55,542 bases of DNA from Thermoprotei archaeon (GCA_003650815.1 QMSB01000002.1:1-55542), one strand, 5' to 3'; shown: positions 29,389 through 41,579, counted from the stretch's first letter. A program made the numbers and translations. Notes: generated by a model not told the origin, from the letters alone.

Positions 29389-30089
29389 CAGATAACACCT
29401 TCCTTTTTTGCTTTAATAATCATACTCTTAATTCTGTCGGTCAATCCCGAGATATGTGCTTCTCTCTCTATTATTTTTATCAGCCGGACAGCAAATAGTT
29501 CTCTAGCCTTATTCCTACTTGTCACGAGTATTCTTCCATTCTGTCCAACTATTATTTCACAGCCTAACTCTTTTTCTAACATAGAGATCATGGATCCTTT
29601 CTTACCAATAACTCTTGGAACTTTAACTGGAGATATCTCTACTAGAGATCCTTTTTCTACTTTTCCGAGCCTTGACTCTTTTATTGTGAGCTGAGGGTCT
29701 CTTGTGAGGTCAAAGGCCGTAACCTTTGCGACTATTATGTCACCTATGTCGAGAAACTTTCTGAGCTGTATCTTTGTTATATCTACAGGTTTAGATAAAG
29801 CATCAGACACTTGTAGGTATCCTGTATAAGGAGAATTTATGTCTACTAGCCAGCTAGCTATACCCACGTCTATTATTTTCCCTATAACTATGTCATTTAC
29901 TCTAGGAATATAGCATCCTTTTAGAGGTATTACTGATATCACTCTTCCGTCCTTTATTTCAGCTAAGCCGAGTACGCTGGAGTATATTCTATTCTCTATG
30001 GCGTATACATTACTTCCTAGTGAATAGTTTCCTTCAGCTAGAAGATCTCCTGGAGCAACTATTTGCCGCTGAGTAAAAAATACTGGCAT
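29388..30089 (-). CDS. rrp4: Exosome cap subunit Rrp4
   Basis: S1 and KH domains; [19 protein letters not shown]. Confidence 0.96.
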   Translation of the reverse strand: MPVFFTQRQIVAPGDLLAEGNYSLGSNVYAIENRIYSSVLGLAEIKDGRVISVIPLKGCYIPRVNDIVIGKIIDVGIASWLVDINSPYTGYLQVSDALSKPVDITKIQLRKFLDIGDIIVAKVTAFDLTRDPQLTIKESRLGKVEKGSLVEISPVKVPRVIGKKGSMISMLEKELGCEIIVGQNGRILVTSRNKARELFAVRLIKIIEREAHISGLTDRIKSMIIKAKKEGVI

Positions 30090-30093
30090 GAAC

Positions 30094-30804
30094 TCACCTG
30101 CCTCCTGAACGGCTAACTATTTTTACTTCTCCAGATCCTCTTGTGAGAGAAGCTACTTTATCTATGAGCGTTGACTGAAGACCTGCCGGTATCTCTATTT
30201 CTGCTATCCACGATCCGTCACTTTGATACTCGCTTCTAATCAGCTTGCCTAGTCGCATCACATAGCCTTGAACTTTTCCTATGTACTGCGGCGGTATTTT
30301 CAGCCCCACGATAACTTTCTCCATCTTTAAAGGCAGTACTTTTCTGAGCTCTTTTAAAACATCTGTTACTTGTACTTCCACAGGCTTAAATGGATCAATA
30401 CCTACTCTTACCTGCTGAAGAGCTAGTTCTATTCTTTTGGGAGGAATAGGCAATCCTGTACGTGCATCGACACAGTTCCTCGCAATATACTCTATTATTT
30501 GTCTTCTTTTAGCTTCTATTAGCTCTCTTCGCTGCTCTGCTGTTAGCTGAAGTTCTCCTTCTTTCAGTATTCTCTCAGCTACTTTATAAAAATCCAATGT
30601 ACCAAAGACTTTTCTTATATTCTCTTCAGAAGCTTTGAATCCCTTTCTCGCGTCAGAATAGATAATTTCGCCTTCTACAATCTCTCGTATATTAAGCTTC
30701 TTTCCACTTCGGTATTGCCAGGCTTTTTCTGCATCAACTATTATTTCGAATCTTAATTTACCTTTAGTTAAACGAGCTATAACCTTTTGCCTCTTATCGC
30801 TCAT
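30094..30804 (-). CDS. Ribosome maturation factor SBDS/Sdo1
   Basis: [33 protein letters not shown]. Confidence 0.95.
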   Translation of the reverse strand: MSDKRQKVIARLTKGKLRFEIIVDAEKAWQYRSGKKLNIREIVEGEIIYSDARKGFKASEENIRKVFGTLDFYKVAERILKEGELQLTAEQRRELIEAKRRQIIEYIARNCVDARTGLPIPPKRIELALQQVRVGIDPFKPVEVQVTDVLKELRKVLPLKMEKVIVGLKIPPQYIGKVQGYVMRLGKLIRSEYQSDGSWIAEIEIPAGLQSTLIDKVASLTRGSGEVKIVSRSGGR

Positions 30805-31525
30805 GGTAAATCTCCCTCATTTTACTCAAATATTTCTTCAGCTCACTAATAGGTATTTTTCTAAACTTTTTAGTCTTAACATCAACATATCCGGCTTCAA
30901 TTATCTCTATTTTTGCCCCACCCTCAATAGTTTTATCAAGCACATAAAGTGATAGAAGAACTGCTTCTTCTAGAGACATATCCTCCTTGTACATCTTCTC
31001 TAGCAGACCGAGAGCAGTTTCTCCTCCCGAGCCTATGGCATGCGCATAAAGACTCAGATAAGAGCCTTGTGGATCTGTCTGCATCAGCTTAGGACCTGTC
31101 TCATCTACTCCAGCTATGAGAAAAGCTACTCCAAAGGGTCTTACTCCTCCATGCTGTGTAAAAGCCTGCTTTATATCACATATTCTCTTAGCTAGTACTT
31201 CTACAGGTATGGGCTCTCCGTAGATCAATCTATGTATTTGAGCATATATTCTGGCTTTGTCTATCAATACTCTTGCATCAGACGCCAGTCCAGCAAAAGT
31301 CAAGCCTATGTGTCCATCTATTTTTTGAATTTTTTCGAATGGCTCAGCTAGTGGATACTGTTTTTTATTTTCGACCGCCAAAACGACGCCTTCTTTACAT
31401 TTGATGCCAATAGAAGTGTATCCTCTACGAACAGCTTCAAACGCATACTCTACTTGATAGAGCCTACCATCTGGGGAAAATATGGTTATTGCTCTATCAT
31501 AGCCCATTGATGGAGCTGTCATCAT
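30794..31525 (-). CDS. psmA: Proteasome alpha subunit
   Basis: [29 protein letters not shown]. Confidence 0.98.
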   Translation of the reverse strand: MMTAPSMGYDRAITIFSPDGRLYQVEYAFEAVRRGYTSIGIKCKEGVVLAVENKKQYPLAEPFEKIQKIDGHIGLTFAGLASDARVLIDKARIYAQIHRLIYGEPIPVEVLAKRICDIKQAFTQHGGVRPFGVAFLIAGVDETGPKLMQTDPQGSYLSLYAHAIGSGGETALGLLEKMYKEDMSLEEAVLLSLYVLDKTIEGGAKIEIIEAGYVDVKTKKFRKIPISELKKYLSKMREIYHER

Positions 31526-31668
31526 TGCTTCTCACCGTCATTTTTTCTACACTCCTTGCTATAAAAAGATTATTGTAAGGCTATATTACATACATTAAAT
31601 ATGCGTTACAAAACTAATTACATTATATTAAAATACTTACATGTCTATAAGCTAATTATAGAGCAAAA

Positions 31669-32124
31669 TTATATTAATCCTATATTCTTTAAGTATTCTC
31701 TAGCCTTATTTAGCTTTTTAACTCCCGATGGGAGCTGGATCTTCACTTTAATGATGTCGTCAGAAAATGGTGCTAGTGCTACCTCGCCTTTATAAGCTTT
31801 TTGCTTATCTAGCCGTAAGTAAAGGTTTCCTGAGGAATCTAACCGTAATTTTAGGGTCTCTTTTATTAATTCTTTATCAAAGTCGCTTAGTCTTTCTGAA
31901 ATACATTTTACTACCTCATCTACTTGCTTGGGAGTCGATAACTCAGCTTTTACAACTACTATAGGATTTCCAAAATATCCTCTTAAATTCTCGGTTGATA
32001 TTTTTACAGAACTCCTTAAGTGAGAAGGTATTAAGTTTAATACTGCTTGTTTTACTTTCCTTAGATCTTCGGTTGCGTGGCAAAATGCTTCTATCGATAT
32101 TTTACTGCATGAATTACTCTCCAT
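31669..32124 (-). CDS. COG1325-like RNA-binding protein (exosome-associated)
   Basis: [23 protein letters not shown]. Confidence 0.88.
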   Translation of the reverse strand: MESNSCSKISIEAFCHATEDLRKVKQAVLNLIPSHLRSSVKISTENLRGYFGNPIVVVKAELSTPKQVDEVVKCISERLSDFDKELIKETLKLRLDSSGNLYLRLDKQKAYKGEVALAPFSDDIIKVKIQLPSGVKKLNKAREYLKNIGLI

Positions 32125-32638
32125 GGCTCTTCATTTTCTCTAAAATTCTCTTAACAGTCTCTTTATACTTCTTTTTCTTAGTATATCCGAGTAACCAGTT
32201 GTAGTGAGGATCATTTTTGATTACTGGATGGTGGAGATCGACTAGAATAACTTCATACCATTTGTATTCACCGTCTTCTCCTACCCAATACGAACCTAAG
32301 ACCTCCATGTTAGGGTACTTTCTCGCAGCTTTTTCTTCAGCAATTAATTGGAGACTCTTCTTGGGCGTGTGCCCGTAAATACCCATTCTCTTAGGTCTTC
32401 TACCAGACCGTGGTCTTGGCTTATTCATAGTACCCTTTCTTACTTGGACTCTGACTACAATGATTCCTTGCTTCGCCTTATATCCAAGCGCTCGTGCTCT
32501 ATTTAGCCTAGTTGGCTTAGGAATTCGTGTTACAGTAGGCTCTCTTCTCCATTTAATGAGTCTTTCTTTGAGTACATCTCTCAGGAGCCCCTTGTATGGT
32601 TTTTTCCACATCTTAGCAAGATACTTATACAGTGACAT
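32114..32638 (-). CDS. rpl15e: Ribosomal protein eL15
   Basis: [35 protein letters not shown]. Confidence 0.97.
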   Translation of the reverse strand: MSLYKYLAKMWKKPYKGLLRDVLKERLIKWRREPTVTRIPKPTRLNRARALGYKAKQGIIVVRVQVRKGTMNKPRPRSGRRPKRMGIYGHTPKKSLQLIAEEKAARKYPNMEVLGSYWVGEDGEYKWYEVILVDLHHPVIKNDPHYNWLLGYTKKKKYKETVKRILEKMKSHGE

Positions 32639-32951
32639 TGCTATCTCCTCACTCATAAATATTAGCGCTATATTAGTTTTCTGCTCATAAAGCTTATTTA
32701 GCTATTGTTTGCAGAACTAATGTGAGTATTTCAGTCTACTACCGAGGTTTCTGAGAGTAGTATTATAGGCTTTTAAGAACTAAAAGTTAAGTATTCTAAA
32801 AATTTGTGAAGTTTACTATAGGTTCGGGTCTTATTTTGTTCACTGGTATAGAAGTTTATAAGTATTCATATAGGCTCTCTTTAACAGCTATCACTATATC
32901 TCCTCAACTGTCACTTCAGACCTAAGCGCCCTATCCTCTACCTCACACTCC

Positions 32952-33881
32952 TTAAGCTTTAATTAATTCTATTATCTTATTAGCTATAATAACTCCAGCT
33001 TTTCTTTGAGCTTCTCTAGTCATTGATCCTATATGTGGTGTGGCGATGACTCTGGGGTGGTTAATTAGTTTAATTTCCCACTCCTCCGTTGGAGGCTCCT
33101 TAGTGAAGACGTCTAGTGCTGCGCCAGCAACAATGCCGCGTTCTAGGGCTAAAAGCAGAGCTTTTCCGTCAATTACTTCTGCCCTCGAAGTGTTTATCAA
33201 GTACACTCCCCTTTTCATGAGCTTGAACTTTTCATCATTTATCATATGATAAGTCTCTTTAGTTAACGGAACATGAATGGTTATTATATCACTTATTTTC
33301 AGCAGTTCGTCGAGAGACTTGGCTGGAGTAATTCCTAGCTTTCTACATGTTTCCTCCATTTTATGTCTTCTAAATCCTACGACTCTCATCCCGAATCCCT
33401 TCGCTATTCTACATACTTCGCTTCCTATATTACCGAGCCCTATTACCCCGAGAGTTTTCCCCTTAAGCTCAAAGCCAAGTAGTTTTTTCTTCAACCATTC
33501 TCCTCTTTTAAGACCGCTCCACCCTATGTGAATCTGCCTAGCTAAACAGAGAATAAGTCCGAAAACAAGTTCAGCTACTGCTGTTGAAAGCGCCTCAGGG
33601 GCGTTAATTACTTTTATTCCCCTACTCCTAGCATAATCTACATCTATGTTATCAAGACCAGATCCTGCTCTAGCGATTATCGTAAGATTTTTTCCTGCAT
33701 CAATAACCTCGCGGGTAACTTTAGTAGCGCTTCTGACTATTATTACGTGATAACCCTTAATAATTCTGGCTAGAACCTCGGGGCTAGGGGACTCTGCTCG
33801 TTCTACTATTAAGCCGCGCTTCTTTAAGATGTCTATAGCTTCTTCTGCTATAGGATCACATATAAGAACCTTGTAGCTCAC
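32952..33881 (-). CDS. D-2-hydroxyacid / D-3-phosphoglycerate dehydrogenase family
   Basis: RAGSGLDNID, GVIGLGNIG, LINTSR, ALDVF..EP, TPHIG. Confidence 0.9.
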   Translation of the reverse strand: MSYKVLICDPIAEEAIDILKKRGLIVERAESPSPEVLARIIKGYHVIIVRSATKVTREVIDAGKNLTIIARAGSGLDNIDVDYARSRGIKVINAPEALSTAVAELVFGLILCLARQIHIGWSGLKRGEWLKKKLLGFELKGKTLGVIGLGNIGSEVCRIAKGFGMRVVGFRRHKMEETCRKLGITPAKSLDELLKISDIITIHVPLTKETYHMINDEKFKLMKRGVYLINTSRAEVIDGKALLLALERGIVAGAALDVFTKEPPTEEWEIKLINHPRVIATPHIGSMTREAQRKAGVIIANKIIELIKA

Positions 33882-34025
33882 GGAAACTATACTTCACTCA
33901 CAGTATTTAACCCTTTACGAATGCCAGCAGGCAGAGAAGGTCACTTGACTCTGAGCAGAAGGAGAGTTTAGTGTTATAGATAAAGCTTTTAGGATAGCTT
34001 GCTCTCTTCAAAGAAGGTAGACTAA

Positions 34026-34880
34026 ATGGTCTCTAAGCCTGATAGAGTGCTCATAGAGCTAAGGAAGGTGTCCTTCAAGTATAAGGGGGCGACGGAGTAC
34101 GCTATAAGAGATATCTCGTTAAGAATACATGAAGGAGAATTTGTCTTAGTAGTAGGTCCTTCAGGATGCGGTAAAACAACTTTGTGTAGAGTATTTAACG
34201 GTTTAATACCTAATTTCTATGAAGGTGAATTCAAAGGTAAGGCAGTGGTTTGCGGATATGATGTTGCTAAAACCCCAACATATATCCTTTCCAAGTATGT
34301 GGGTATGGTGTTTCAAGAACCTGAAAATCAACTCTTTTTCTCAACAGTAGAGAAAGAAATAGTTTTTGGCCTAGAGAACTTGGGTCTTCCTTCCAATGAA
34401 ATAGCTAAGAGGCTTAATGAAGTTGTTGAGTATTTTAAACTGAAACCTTTGCTTAAAAAAGCCCCTTATGAACTTTCTGGGGGGGAGCAGCAAAAAGTAG
34501 CGATAGCTGCGTGTATCGCGATGAGGCCTAAAGTGCTGGTGCTTGATGAACCTACGGCAAATCTAGATCCTATGTCGGCAAAGGATGTTATAGACTTAGT
34601 TAAGAAGCTGAATAGAGAAAGAGGGTTGACTGTTATAATAGTAGAGCACAGAGTAGAATTGATAGCGCCTATAGCTACAAGAATGATAGTCATGAATAGA
34701 GGCAGAATAGTGAGAGATGGTCCTGTGAGAAAAGTACTTTCTTGTGAAGATTTAGTAAGTAAGGGCGTTGCCGTACCTAAGGTTGTTGAAATATATTTTA
34801 AGCTTAAAGCCAAAAACATCAATTTACGAACTGTGCCATTAACTCCTGAAGAACTTAAACAAGAATTATTAAGGGGATAG
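34026..34880 (+). CDS. ecfA: ECF transporter ATPase
   Basis: GPSGCGKT, FQEPENQ, LSGGEQQ, LDEPT. Confidence 0.92.
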   Translation: MVSKPDRVLIELRKVSFKYKGATEYAIRDISLRIHEGEFVLVVGPSGCGKTTLCRVFNGLIPNFYEGEFKGKAVVCGYDVAKTPTYILSKYVGMVFQEPENQLFFSTVEKEIVFGLENLGLPSNEIAKRLNEVVEYFKLKPLLKKAPYELSGGEQQKVAIAACIAMRPKVLVLDEPTANLDPMSAKDVIDLVKKLNRERGLTVIIVEHRVELIAPIATRMIVMNRGRIVRDGPVRKVLSCEDLVSKGVAVPKVVEIYFKLKAKNINLRTVPLTPEELKQELLRG

Positions 34881-34883
34881 TAC

Positions 34884-35729
34884 ATGCCAGAGCCTGACGC
34901 AATACAGGTAAAGGATCTTTACTTTAGGTACGAGGATTCAGACACTTACATACTGAAGGGAGTGAGCTTCAGTATAGAGAGAGGGGAAAAAGTGGCTATA
35001 GTGGGTGAAAATGGCGCAGGAAAGACTACTTTAATAAAACATTTTAATGGATTGTTAAAGCCTACTAAAGGTTCTGTCAGAATTTTTAGCATTGATACTA
35101 AGACTAAAACTGTAGCAGAGCTTTCGAGAAGAGTAGGTCTAGTGTTTCAGAATCCTGATCACCAGTTTTTTGAGGAAACTGTTGAGAAAGAGATAGAATT
35201 TGCTCTTAAAAACTTTAATTTTGATGAAAGTGAGAGGAAACGAATAGTATCAGAGATGCTGCGCTTCTTTGAATTGGAAAAATATAGAGATAGGTCGCCG
35301 TTTCTTTTAAGCGGTGGCGAGAAAAAGAGACTAGCTATAGCCTCTGTACTGTGCTATAATCCTGATATTCTTGTGCTTGATGAGCCTACTGTGGGCCAGG
35401 ATCCTATTCAAAAAGAAAAGCTAAGTGTGCTTCTAGACAAAATTGTAAGCATGGGCAAAACAGTCGTAGTAGTCTCACATGACATGGACTTTGTGGCAGA
35501 AAACTTCAGTAGGGTTATAGTTTTGAGTAAAGGCGTAGTAATTGCTGACGGGAAAACGGAAAATGTGCTTACTAATGAGTCTATTTTAAACAAAGCTAGG
35601 CTTTTACCACCTCAGGTCACCTTATGTGCCTGGAGTCTTTCAAATATTGGCTTAAGAAGAGATATCATTAGAGTTGATGATATTGTTGAGGAAATACTGT
35701 TGTTACTTCAAAGGTGTGCACCATGCTGA
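34884..35729 (+). CDS. ecfA: ECF transporter ATPase
   Basis: GENGAGKT, FQNPDHQ, LSGGEKKR, LDEPT. Confidence 0.92.
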   Translation: MPEPDAIQVKDLYFRYEDSDTYILKGVSFSIERGEKVAIVGENGAGKTTLIKHFNGLLKPTKGSVRIFSIDTKTKTVAELSRRVGLVFQNPDHQFFEETVEKEIEFALKNFNFDESERKRIVSEMLRFFELEKYRDRSPFLLSGGEKKRLAIASVLCYNPDILVLDEPTVGQDPIQKEKLSVLLDKIVSMGKTVVVVSHDMDFVAENFSRVIVLSKGVVIADGKTENVLTNESILNKARLLPPQVTLCAWSLSNIGLRRDIIRVDDIVEEILLLLQRCAPC

Positions 35730-36457
35730 AGGCTCTTAAATCATTTAAATACATTGAAAAAAGCACGATAATACATAAACTTGACCCGCGTAGCAAAATT
35801 CTTTCAACAATTCTTCTTTCCTTAGGCGTTCTTGTAAGCCAAAAAATCACTCCATTAATAATAGTGACTATATTTTGCATAATATTAGCTATTACAGCAA
35901 AATCTCTCAGACAGCTATTAAGAGTTATACGTGGTATAGCTCCATGGGCAGCATTTATCTTTCTACTAAACTGTTTGACTGGATCAGATAAATTAATGTT
36001 ATCTATAGCCATGTCTATTAAATTCGTATCGCTTGCAGCAGTCTTTTCTCTATTTTTTATAACGACTTCTCCAGAGGACTTTATGTTAGCACTAAATAAT
36101 CTAGGCATGCCTTATGAATACACTCTGGCTTTTACTATGGCTATGAGATTTGTTCCCTCATTAGCTAGAGACCTACAGACAATAATAGACGCTCAGAGGA
36201 GCAGAGGGCTTGAATTGGATAAAGGCAATTTCATTGAGAGAGTAAGGAAATATATCCCAATACTTGTGCCGTTGATAGTATACGAAATTAGGAGAAGCTT
36301 TATGATAGCAGAAGCCTTGGAGTCTAGAGCCTTTGGCTCAGGTAAGCGAAGCTCATTCTATAAGCTTAAAATAACTTACAGAGATTTCGTGTTTGCCATA
36401 TTATCTTCAATACTGTTAGCTGTGATTCTGTTTATAGACATAGCTCTTCCATGGTAA
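35723..36457 (+). CDS. ecfT: ECF transporter transmembrane component T
   Basis: HKLDPRSK, RFVP, AQRSRG, ALESRAF. Confidence 0.92.
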   Translation: MLKALKSFKYIEKSTIIHKLDPRSKILSTILLSLGVLVSQKITPLIIVTIFCIILAITAKSLRQLLRVIRGIAPWAAFIFLLNCLTGSDKLMLSIAMSIKFVSLAAVFSLFFITTSPEDFMLALNNLGMPYEYTLAFTMAMRFVPSLARDLQTIIDAQRSRGLELDKGNFIERVRKYIPILVPLIVYEIRRSFMIAEALESRAFGSGKRSSFYKLKITYRDFVFAILSSILLAVILFIDIALPW

Positions 36458-36475
36458 AAGGCTTACTATGTTTTC

Positions 36476-37033
36476 TCATATACTTTCAGTACTCCTCCTT
36501 TTCAGCACTTCTACCCAGGGATTTTCCCTCAAATAGCTAGGTAGAGTTTCTACTTTAGTTTCGGGCGCGCCTTCTTCTCGAGTAGGCAGCTCACTTATTT
36601 TGATGATATATCTTAAAGACCTTAAGTTTTTGTTTAATTCTCTTAGTTGTTCCGTTAAGTTCGATAGTTCTTTAACTAGAGCATGAAGCACTTCAATGTC
36701 TATTTGAGACTTAGTTTCTGCATGCTTAACATACTCTACCTCAACGGTATTTTTTAAATGTAACTCTTTAAAAGCTTCAGCAATTATCTTTGCTAATACT
36801 CTTAGCAGCATCTCTTCGTTTACAAGTATTTCACCGCCTTTACTTGTAATACTTTTCGGCCTAGACTCTACCGCCTGTCCTTTTTCTCTTTGAATTTTCC
36901 TGTATTTAGATAATGCTTTATAAACTGTTTTTATGGATACTTTAAGCTTCTCTGCTATTTCTTTCGGAGCTAGTCCATTTAAATACTCTTTTACAATAGC
37001 CTTTTCGGTATCTGTAAGCCTTATTGACGACAA
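36476..37033 (-). CDS. HTH DNA-binding protein with coiled coil
   Basis: LTDTEK....YL.GL.PKEIAEKLKVSIKTVYKAL HTH; heptad region; C-terminal LPSYLRENPWVEVL. Confidence 0.8.
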   Translation of the reverse strand: MSSIRLTDTEKAIVKEYLNGLAPKEIAEKLKVSIKTVYKALSKYRKIQREKGQAVESRPKSITSKGGEILVNEEMLLRVLAKIIAEAFKELHLKNTVEVEYVKHAETKSQIDIEVLHALVKELSNLTEQLRELNKNLRSLRYIIKISELPTREEGAPETKVETLPSYLRENPWVEVLKRRSTESI

Positions 37034-37096
37034 TGCAGTGACCCTAGTGTAGAGATGAGATAGAGAATATTTTAATGTTATGTTTAGCTAAAGCCT

Positions 37097-39301
37097 CTAA
37101 GGCTTAATGAAGTCTTCCGGTCTGGGAATTTCTTTAGGTAGACCCTTTCTTTCTCTTATTTTCATTATTAGATCTACTAGCATAGACTCTGGAACTGGAG
37201 CCCATCTATAGAACTGTGTTGACCAAAATGCTCTTCCAGCAGTGGCACTGCGTAACTCGTCGGCTAAATCGAAGGTCTCTGAAACGGGTATCTCTCCCTT
37301 GACGTGCATTAGCATACCGCTTTTCTCTAAGTTAATTATTCTGCCTCTTTTTCTGGTAATTACGTTTAAGACCCCTCCAAGATAGTTTTCTGGCACCTTT
37401 ACTTCTATCTTGTATATAGGCTCTAGCAGTGTTGGTCTAGCGGAGAGAAAGCCTGCGAAGATAGCGTTTTTAGTGGCAGGCATTATTTGTGCAGGACCTC
37501 TGTGGGCAGGATCTTCATGTATTATAGCGTCGTGGAGTATTACTTTAACACCTCTGACTGGCTCGTGGCATAAAGGACCCTCCGCGAGAGCCCATCTGAA
37601 GCCCATTATTATAGTGTCTCTTACTTCTCGTAGATGCTGGACACCTTTAGTTAGATCTACGAGAATATTCAAGTTGTCGTCAATAGCCCATATTCCTCTA
37701 GCTTCGTCTGTGTCCCATCCGGCTTGTTCACGTAGAATCTTCGCTCTCTTTCTCCAATCTTGGTCATCATACACTACACCCTTCTGAAGGAGCTTCAGCG
37801 TCTCTTCATTAAGAGGCTCTATGCTTATGTAGAGCTTGTTATGCTTATTAGGAGACTTTCCTTCAAAAGGTCCGGCAGATGCTCGAATAGTTTCTCGGTA
37901 CCTTATTACTGGAGGAGATGTCACTACCTCTATTCCTGTCCTCTGTTTTAAGTCCCAGAGAGCTATTTCTAAGTGAAGAGTACCCATACCGCTAAGTAGG
38001 TATTCTCCTGTCTCCTCGTTTATATATACGTGTAGAGTAGGGTCTTCAATAGCCATTTTTCTTAGAACTTCCACTAACTTAGGTAGATCGCTGCTATTTT
38101 TCGGCTCTATGGCTATAGTCACTACAGGCTCGCTTATATACCTCAGCCTCTCGAAAGGTGCTGCTATATCCTTATACTTTATATCGACAATAGTCTCTCC
38201 AGCTCTTGCTCTCTCTAAGCCTAGCAGCGCTGCTATATTTCCTGCAGTAATTTCATCTGCTATTTCTCTCACAGGGCCCATGTATAGACCTACCTGCAGA
38301 ATTCTCTCTGAAGCCTTTGCTCCTATTAAGTATACTTCTTCGCCTGTGTAGACAGTACCGGAGAACACTCTGGCAGTTGTCACTAAGCCTGCGTGAGGAT
38401 CTGCGACAACTTTTGTTGCACAAAGTACTGTTGGACCGTCGGGATCACATTCTAGCATAGCTTTTCCTATTTCTGAGTTTAAGTCTCCTTTCCACAGCTT
38501 GGGAATTCTATACTTCTGAGCTTCAGCAGGGTTAGGTATATGTTCTATTACCATATCTAAGATAGCTACGTACAGCGGAGCTTCTTTTGCTAACTCCTCG
38601 TAGTACCCTCTGTTATATGCGTCAATTATGTTAGAAAACTTGAAGCCTAGTTTCTTGGCGAGAGGAATAGTGAGACCCCACTTGTGTAGTGCTGCTCCAA
38701 ATGCTACTTGACCTTTAGCTGGATCTACTTTCCACTTATCTCTGTATTCTGGCTCAGCATATAGATCAATAAGCATGTTAAATTCTTTAATTATATGAAC
38801 AAACCTCTGCTGTATTTCACTTGCAGAAAGCTTCAGCTCTCTAATTAGCCTGTCAACTTTGTTTATGTAAAGTAGCGGACGGACTCTCTCCTCGAGAGCT
38901 TGTCTAACAACAGTCTCGGTTTGAGTCATGACTCCCTCTACTGCGTCGACAACTACTATTGCCCCGTCCATGGCTCTCAGAGAACGGGTGACATGTCCTG
39001 TAAAGTCTACGTGACCTGGAGTATCTACTAAGTTAATTACGTAACCCTTACCTTCCCATTCATGGTACAGACTTACATTAGCTGCCTTAACAGTCATTTG
39101 TCTGAGCTGCTCGATTTCAACGTAGTCGAGAGCTAAAGCCTTGCCCGCAACTTTAGGAGATATTAACCCCGCACCCATGAGTAAGCTATCTGATAGAGTT
39201 GTCTTGCCGTGGTCTACGTGAGCCAAAGTACCTATATTTCGCACTCTTTCAATATCTCTCATAATTTTTAATACTTCGCCTGTTTGCTTAAACTTAGGCA
39301 T
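37097..39301 (-). CDS. fusA: Elongation factor 2
   Basis: [32 protein letters not shown] diphthamide loop. Confidence 0.98.
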   Translation of the reverse strand: MPKFKQTGEVLKIMRDIERVRNIGTLAHVDHGKTTLSDSLLMGAGLISPKVAGKALALDYVEIEQLRQMTVKAANVSLYHEWEGKGYVINLVDTPGHVDFTGHVTRSLRAMDGAIVVVDAVEGVMTQTETVVRQALEERVRPLLYINKVDRLIRELKLSASEIQQRFVHIIKEFNMLIDLYAEPEYRDKWKVDPAKGQVAFGAALHKWGLTIPLAKKLGFKFSNIIDAYNRGYYEELAKEAPLYVAILDMVIEHIPNPAEAQKYRIPKLWKGDLNSEIGKAMLECDPDGPTVLCATKVVADPHAGLVTTARVFSGTVYTGEEVYLIGAKASERILQVGLYMGPVREIADEITAGNIAALLGLERARAGETIVDIKYKDIAAPFERLRYISEPVVTIAIEPKNSSDLPKLVEVLRKMAIEDPTLHVYINEETGEYLLSGMGTLHLEIALWDLKQRTGIEVVTSPPVIRYRETIRASAGPFEGKSPNKHNKLYISIEPLNEETLKLLQKGVVYDDQDWRKRAKILREQAGWDTDEARGIWAIDDNLNILVDLTKGVQHLREVRDTIIMGFRWALAEGPLCHEPVRGVKVILHDAIIHEDPAHRGPAQIMPATKNAIFAGFLSARPTLLEPIYKIEVKVPENYLGGVLNVITRKRGRIINLEKSGMLMHVKGEIPVSETFDLADELRSATAGRAFWSTQFYRWAPVPESMLVDLIMKIRERKGLPKEIPRPEDFIKP

Positions 39302-39405
39302 GCTACTCCACCTTTACACACTCAAGCTAGATTGACCCTTAATAAACTTGTCTCTTAATAAATTTAGCTCCTAAAACAAGCTGTTTCAGAGACTTAATAC
39401 TCGCC

Positions 39406-39831
39406 TTAAACGATCATTGTAGCCATTGATGCTATTCTAGGCCACCTATCGGCAGCTTCTTTTGCGACAGGACCTCTGATTTCACTACCTTTAGGGTCTC
39501 CTTCTGGAGAAACTATCACTATGGCGTTGTCTTCAAAGCATATCCATGTACCATCTGGTCTCCTATAGGGTCTTTTCTGCCTTATGACTATGCCTCTCAT
39601 CACCTGCTTCCTAAGTTCTGGTCTGCCTTCCCTTATTGAAACAACTACCATATCTCCCACAGCTGCTCCTGGTATGCGTCTTCTTACAGTTTTTGCTCTA
39701 ATAACACCTATTATTTTAGCTAGCTGAGCCCCTGAGTTGTCGCTTACCCTGACCAGAGAGCCCACAAATATTCCAGGTGTTATATGAAGTCTATATGATA
39801 CTCCCGATACCTTCGCTCCTCTCTTAGCCAC
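39406..39831 (-). CDS. rpl14: Ribosomal protein uL14
   Basis: [22 protein letters not shown]. Confidence 0.97.
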   Translation of the reverse strand: MAKRGAKVSGVSYRLHITPGIFVGSLVRVSDNSGAQLAKIIGVIRAKTVRRRIPGAAVGDMVVVSIREGRPELRKQVMRGIVIRQKRPYRRPDGTWICFEDNAIVIVSPEGDPKGSEIRGPVAKEAADRWPRIASMATMIV

Positions 39832-39894
39832 AGCCCCTCCCTCTCCTTATTTTTAAAGCTCTCTTAAAATATTTTCGGAAATATTGATAGGATC

Positions 39895-40224
39895 TCACTT
39901 TCTTTTCCCTAGTACCACGAAGGCTACTGTTTTTGCTATAGGTCTACATTCGCCTATGATTACTCTGTCTCCTACTTTCACGTCAATACACGGCGGTAAG
40001 TGTGCATGTATTTTTCTTCTTCTACGCTCATACCTCTTGTACTTCGGCACGTATACCAAGTACTCATGAAGTACTACTGCCGTTTTATTCATTTTCTTTT
40101 TAACAAGAGTACCTTCTAGTAGTACTCCTCTCACAGATAAAGTTCCGTGAAAGGGGCAATCTTCGTCATCACAGGTTTTCTGAGGAGGCTCGACCCAGCT
40201 TATTCCTATGCTTCTTTTAACCAT
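39895..40224 (-). CDS. rps17: Ribosomal protein uS17
   Basis: CPFHG.LSVRG, PKYKRYERR, GECRPIAKT. Confidence 0.97.
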   Translation of the reverse strand: MVKRSIGISWVEPPQKTCDDEDCPFHGTLSVRGVLLEGTLVKKKMNKTAVVLHEYLVYVPKYKRYERRRRKIHAHLPPCIDVKVGDRVIIGECRPIAKTVAFVVLGKRK

Positions 40225-40235
40225 GTTCTCACCAC

Positions 40236-40466
40236 CTACTTTTTACCCTTCACATTCTTTTTAGACTTTTTAAGCTCTTCCTCTCTTTCTATAGTTAAGA
40301 CTCTAGCAATATTTTTTCTTAAAATTCTTATTCTCGAAGGATTGTCTAAAACTCCTCGGCTCTCTTGAAGAGCTTTTAATCTCATAAGCTCGGTTTTTAG
40401 CTCTATAAGTAGCTTTCTCCTTGCTTCAGGGCTCATTTCTCTTATTCTACTAGGCTTAATTGACAT
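40236..40466 (-). CDS. rpl29: Ribosomal protein uL29
   Basis: IREMS, NPSRIRILRKNIARVLT. Confidence 0.95.
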   Translation of the reverse strand: MSIKPSRIREMSPEARRKLLIELKTELMRLKALQESRGVLDNPSRIRILRKNIARVLTIEREEELKKSKKNVKGKK

Positions 40467-40488
40467 TATATCACCTTTTCATGAGTAT

Positions 40489-41112
40489 TTACTCAGTAGG
40501 CTCCTTTATTTTAATGTCTTCGGGGGTCTCTACGGGAGGCATTATCCTTACCTCGATACCATACATTCCTGGCTTGAGTAACACTTCTACTACTGCTTCA
40601 TCTACGTAGACTTTTCTTAGCTGACCTACCTTATATATAACTCCTCTCGAGTACTTTTCATATCTAGCTCTTTCCGAGGTAAGTTTCCCGCTAATGACTA
40701 TTTCTGCTCCCCTGGCGCCAGCTTCCATTATTCTCCTTAAAGCTATGAAGGCGGCTCTCCTAAACTTAACACCTCTTGCAAGCGCATTAGCTATGTGATA
40801 GGCTACTATTTTAGCATTAAGATAGGGACTTGGTATTTCTATTACCTCTATCTGTGGGTTATCGAGCCCGAATTTTGATTGAAGTATTTTGGCAAGCTGC
40901 TTAACATTTGAGCCTCTCCTCCCAATAACCATGAAAGGCCTTTCTGCATGGATAACTACTCTAGTACCGAGAGGGGTTCTCATTAGGTCTACTTTTACAT
41001 AGCCTGCTCTGCTCAGAACTCTTCGCAAATACTCGTTTATCTCCATTCTACGCAGTCCTCTTATGATAAAGCGTTTCTCTACATCTACCTTTTTTTCAAG
41101 ACCAAAACTCAT
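40489..41112 (-). CDS. rps3: Ribosomal protein uS3
   Basis: TPLGTRV, VIGRRG KH motif, GARGAEIVISGKL. Confidence 0.97.
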   Translation of the reverse strand: MSFGLEKKVDVEKRFIIRGLRRMEINEYLRRVLSRAGYVKVDLMRTPLGTRVVIHAERPFMVIGRRGSNVKQLAKILQSKFGLDNPQIEVIEIPSPYLNAKIVAYHIANALARGVKFRRAAFIALRRIMEAGARGAEIVISGKLTSERARYEKYSRGVIYKVGQLRKVYVDEAVVEVLLKPGMYGIEVRIMPPVETPEDIKIKEPTE

Positions 41113-41117
41113 ATTCT

Positions 41118-41579
41118 CTACCGTTCTTCAACAGCTATTTCTACGTGAACTAACTGTTGGAAGTAAGGAGTTGCTCTACCAAATGCACGTGGAATATATT
41201 TCCTTATTTTGATACTTTTGTGCGCTGCTGCATGAACTACGTAAAGTCTTGAAACATCAAGACCTTTATTTATAGCATTGTTTTCAGCGTTCTCTAACAC
41301 TTTAAGTATAGCCTTAGCGGCTTTTACTGGCCAGCGCACAGCTGGCCACTTATCTACAGCTTTATGATGAGGAACTTTCTTTTTATAAGTCCTAAAGGGT
41401 ATTCCTTGCTTAAGCTCTATAACGTTTTCTAATATTTTCTTAGCTTCGTCTAGTTTTCTATTCTTAATGAATCTGCATATTTCTACGGCGTGCTTGTATG
41501 ATATTCTCAAGTCTCTCCCAGCTGCCGTAGCCGTTCGTACTGGATCCAAGTCCTGGCGCGAAAAGTGCCATCTAGTCAT
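41118..41579 (-). CDS. rpl22: Ribosomal protein uL22
   Basis: ISYKHAVEIC, RWPVKAA, PRAFGRATP. Confidence 0.97.
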   Translation of the reverse strand: MTRWHFSRQDLDPVRTATAAGRDLRISYKHAVEICRFIKNRKLDEAKKILENVIELKQGIPFRTYKKKVPHHKAVDKWPAVRWPVKAAKAILKVLENAENNAINKGLDVSRLYVVHAAAHKSIKIRKYIPRAFGRATPYFQQLVHVEIAVEER

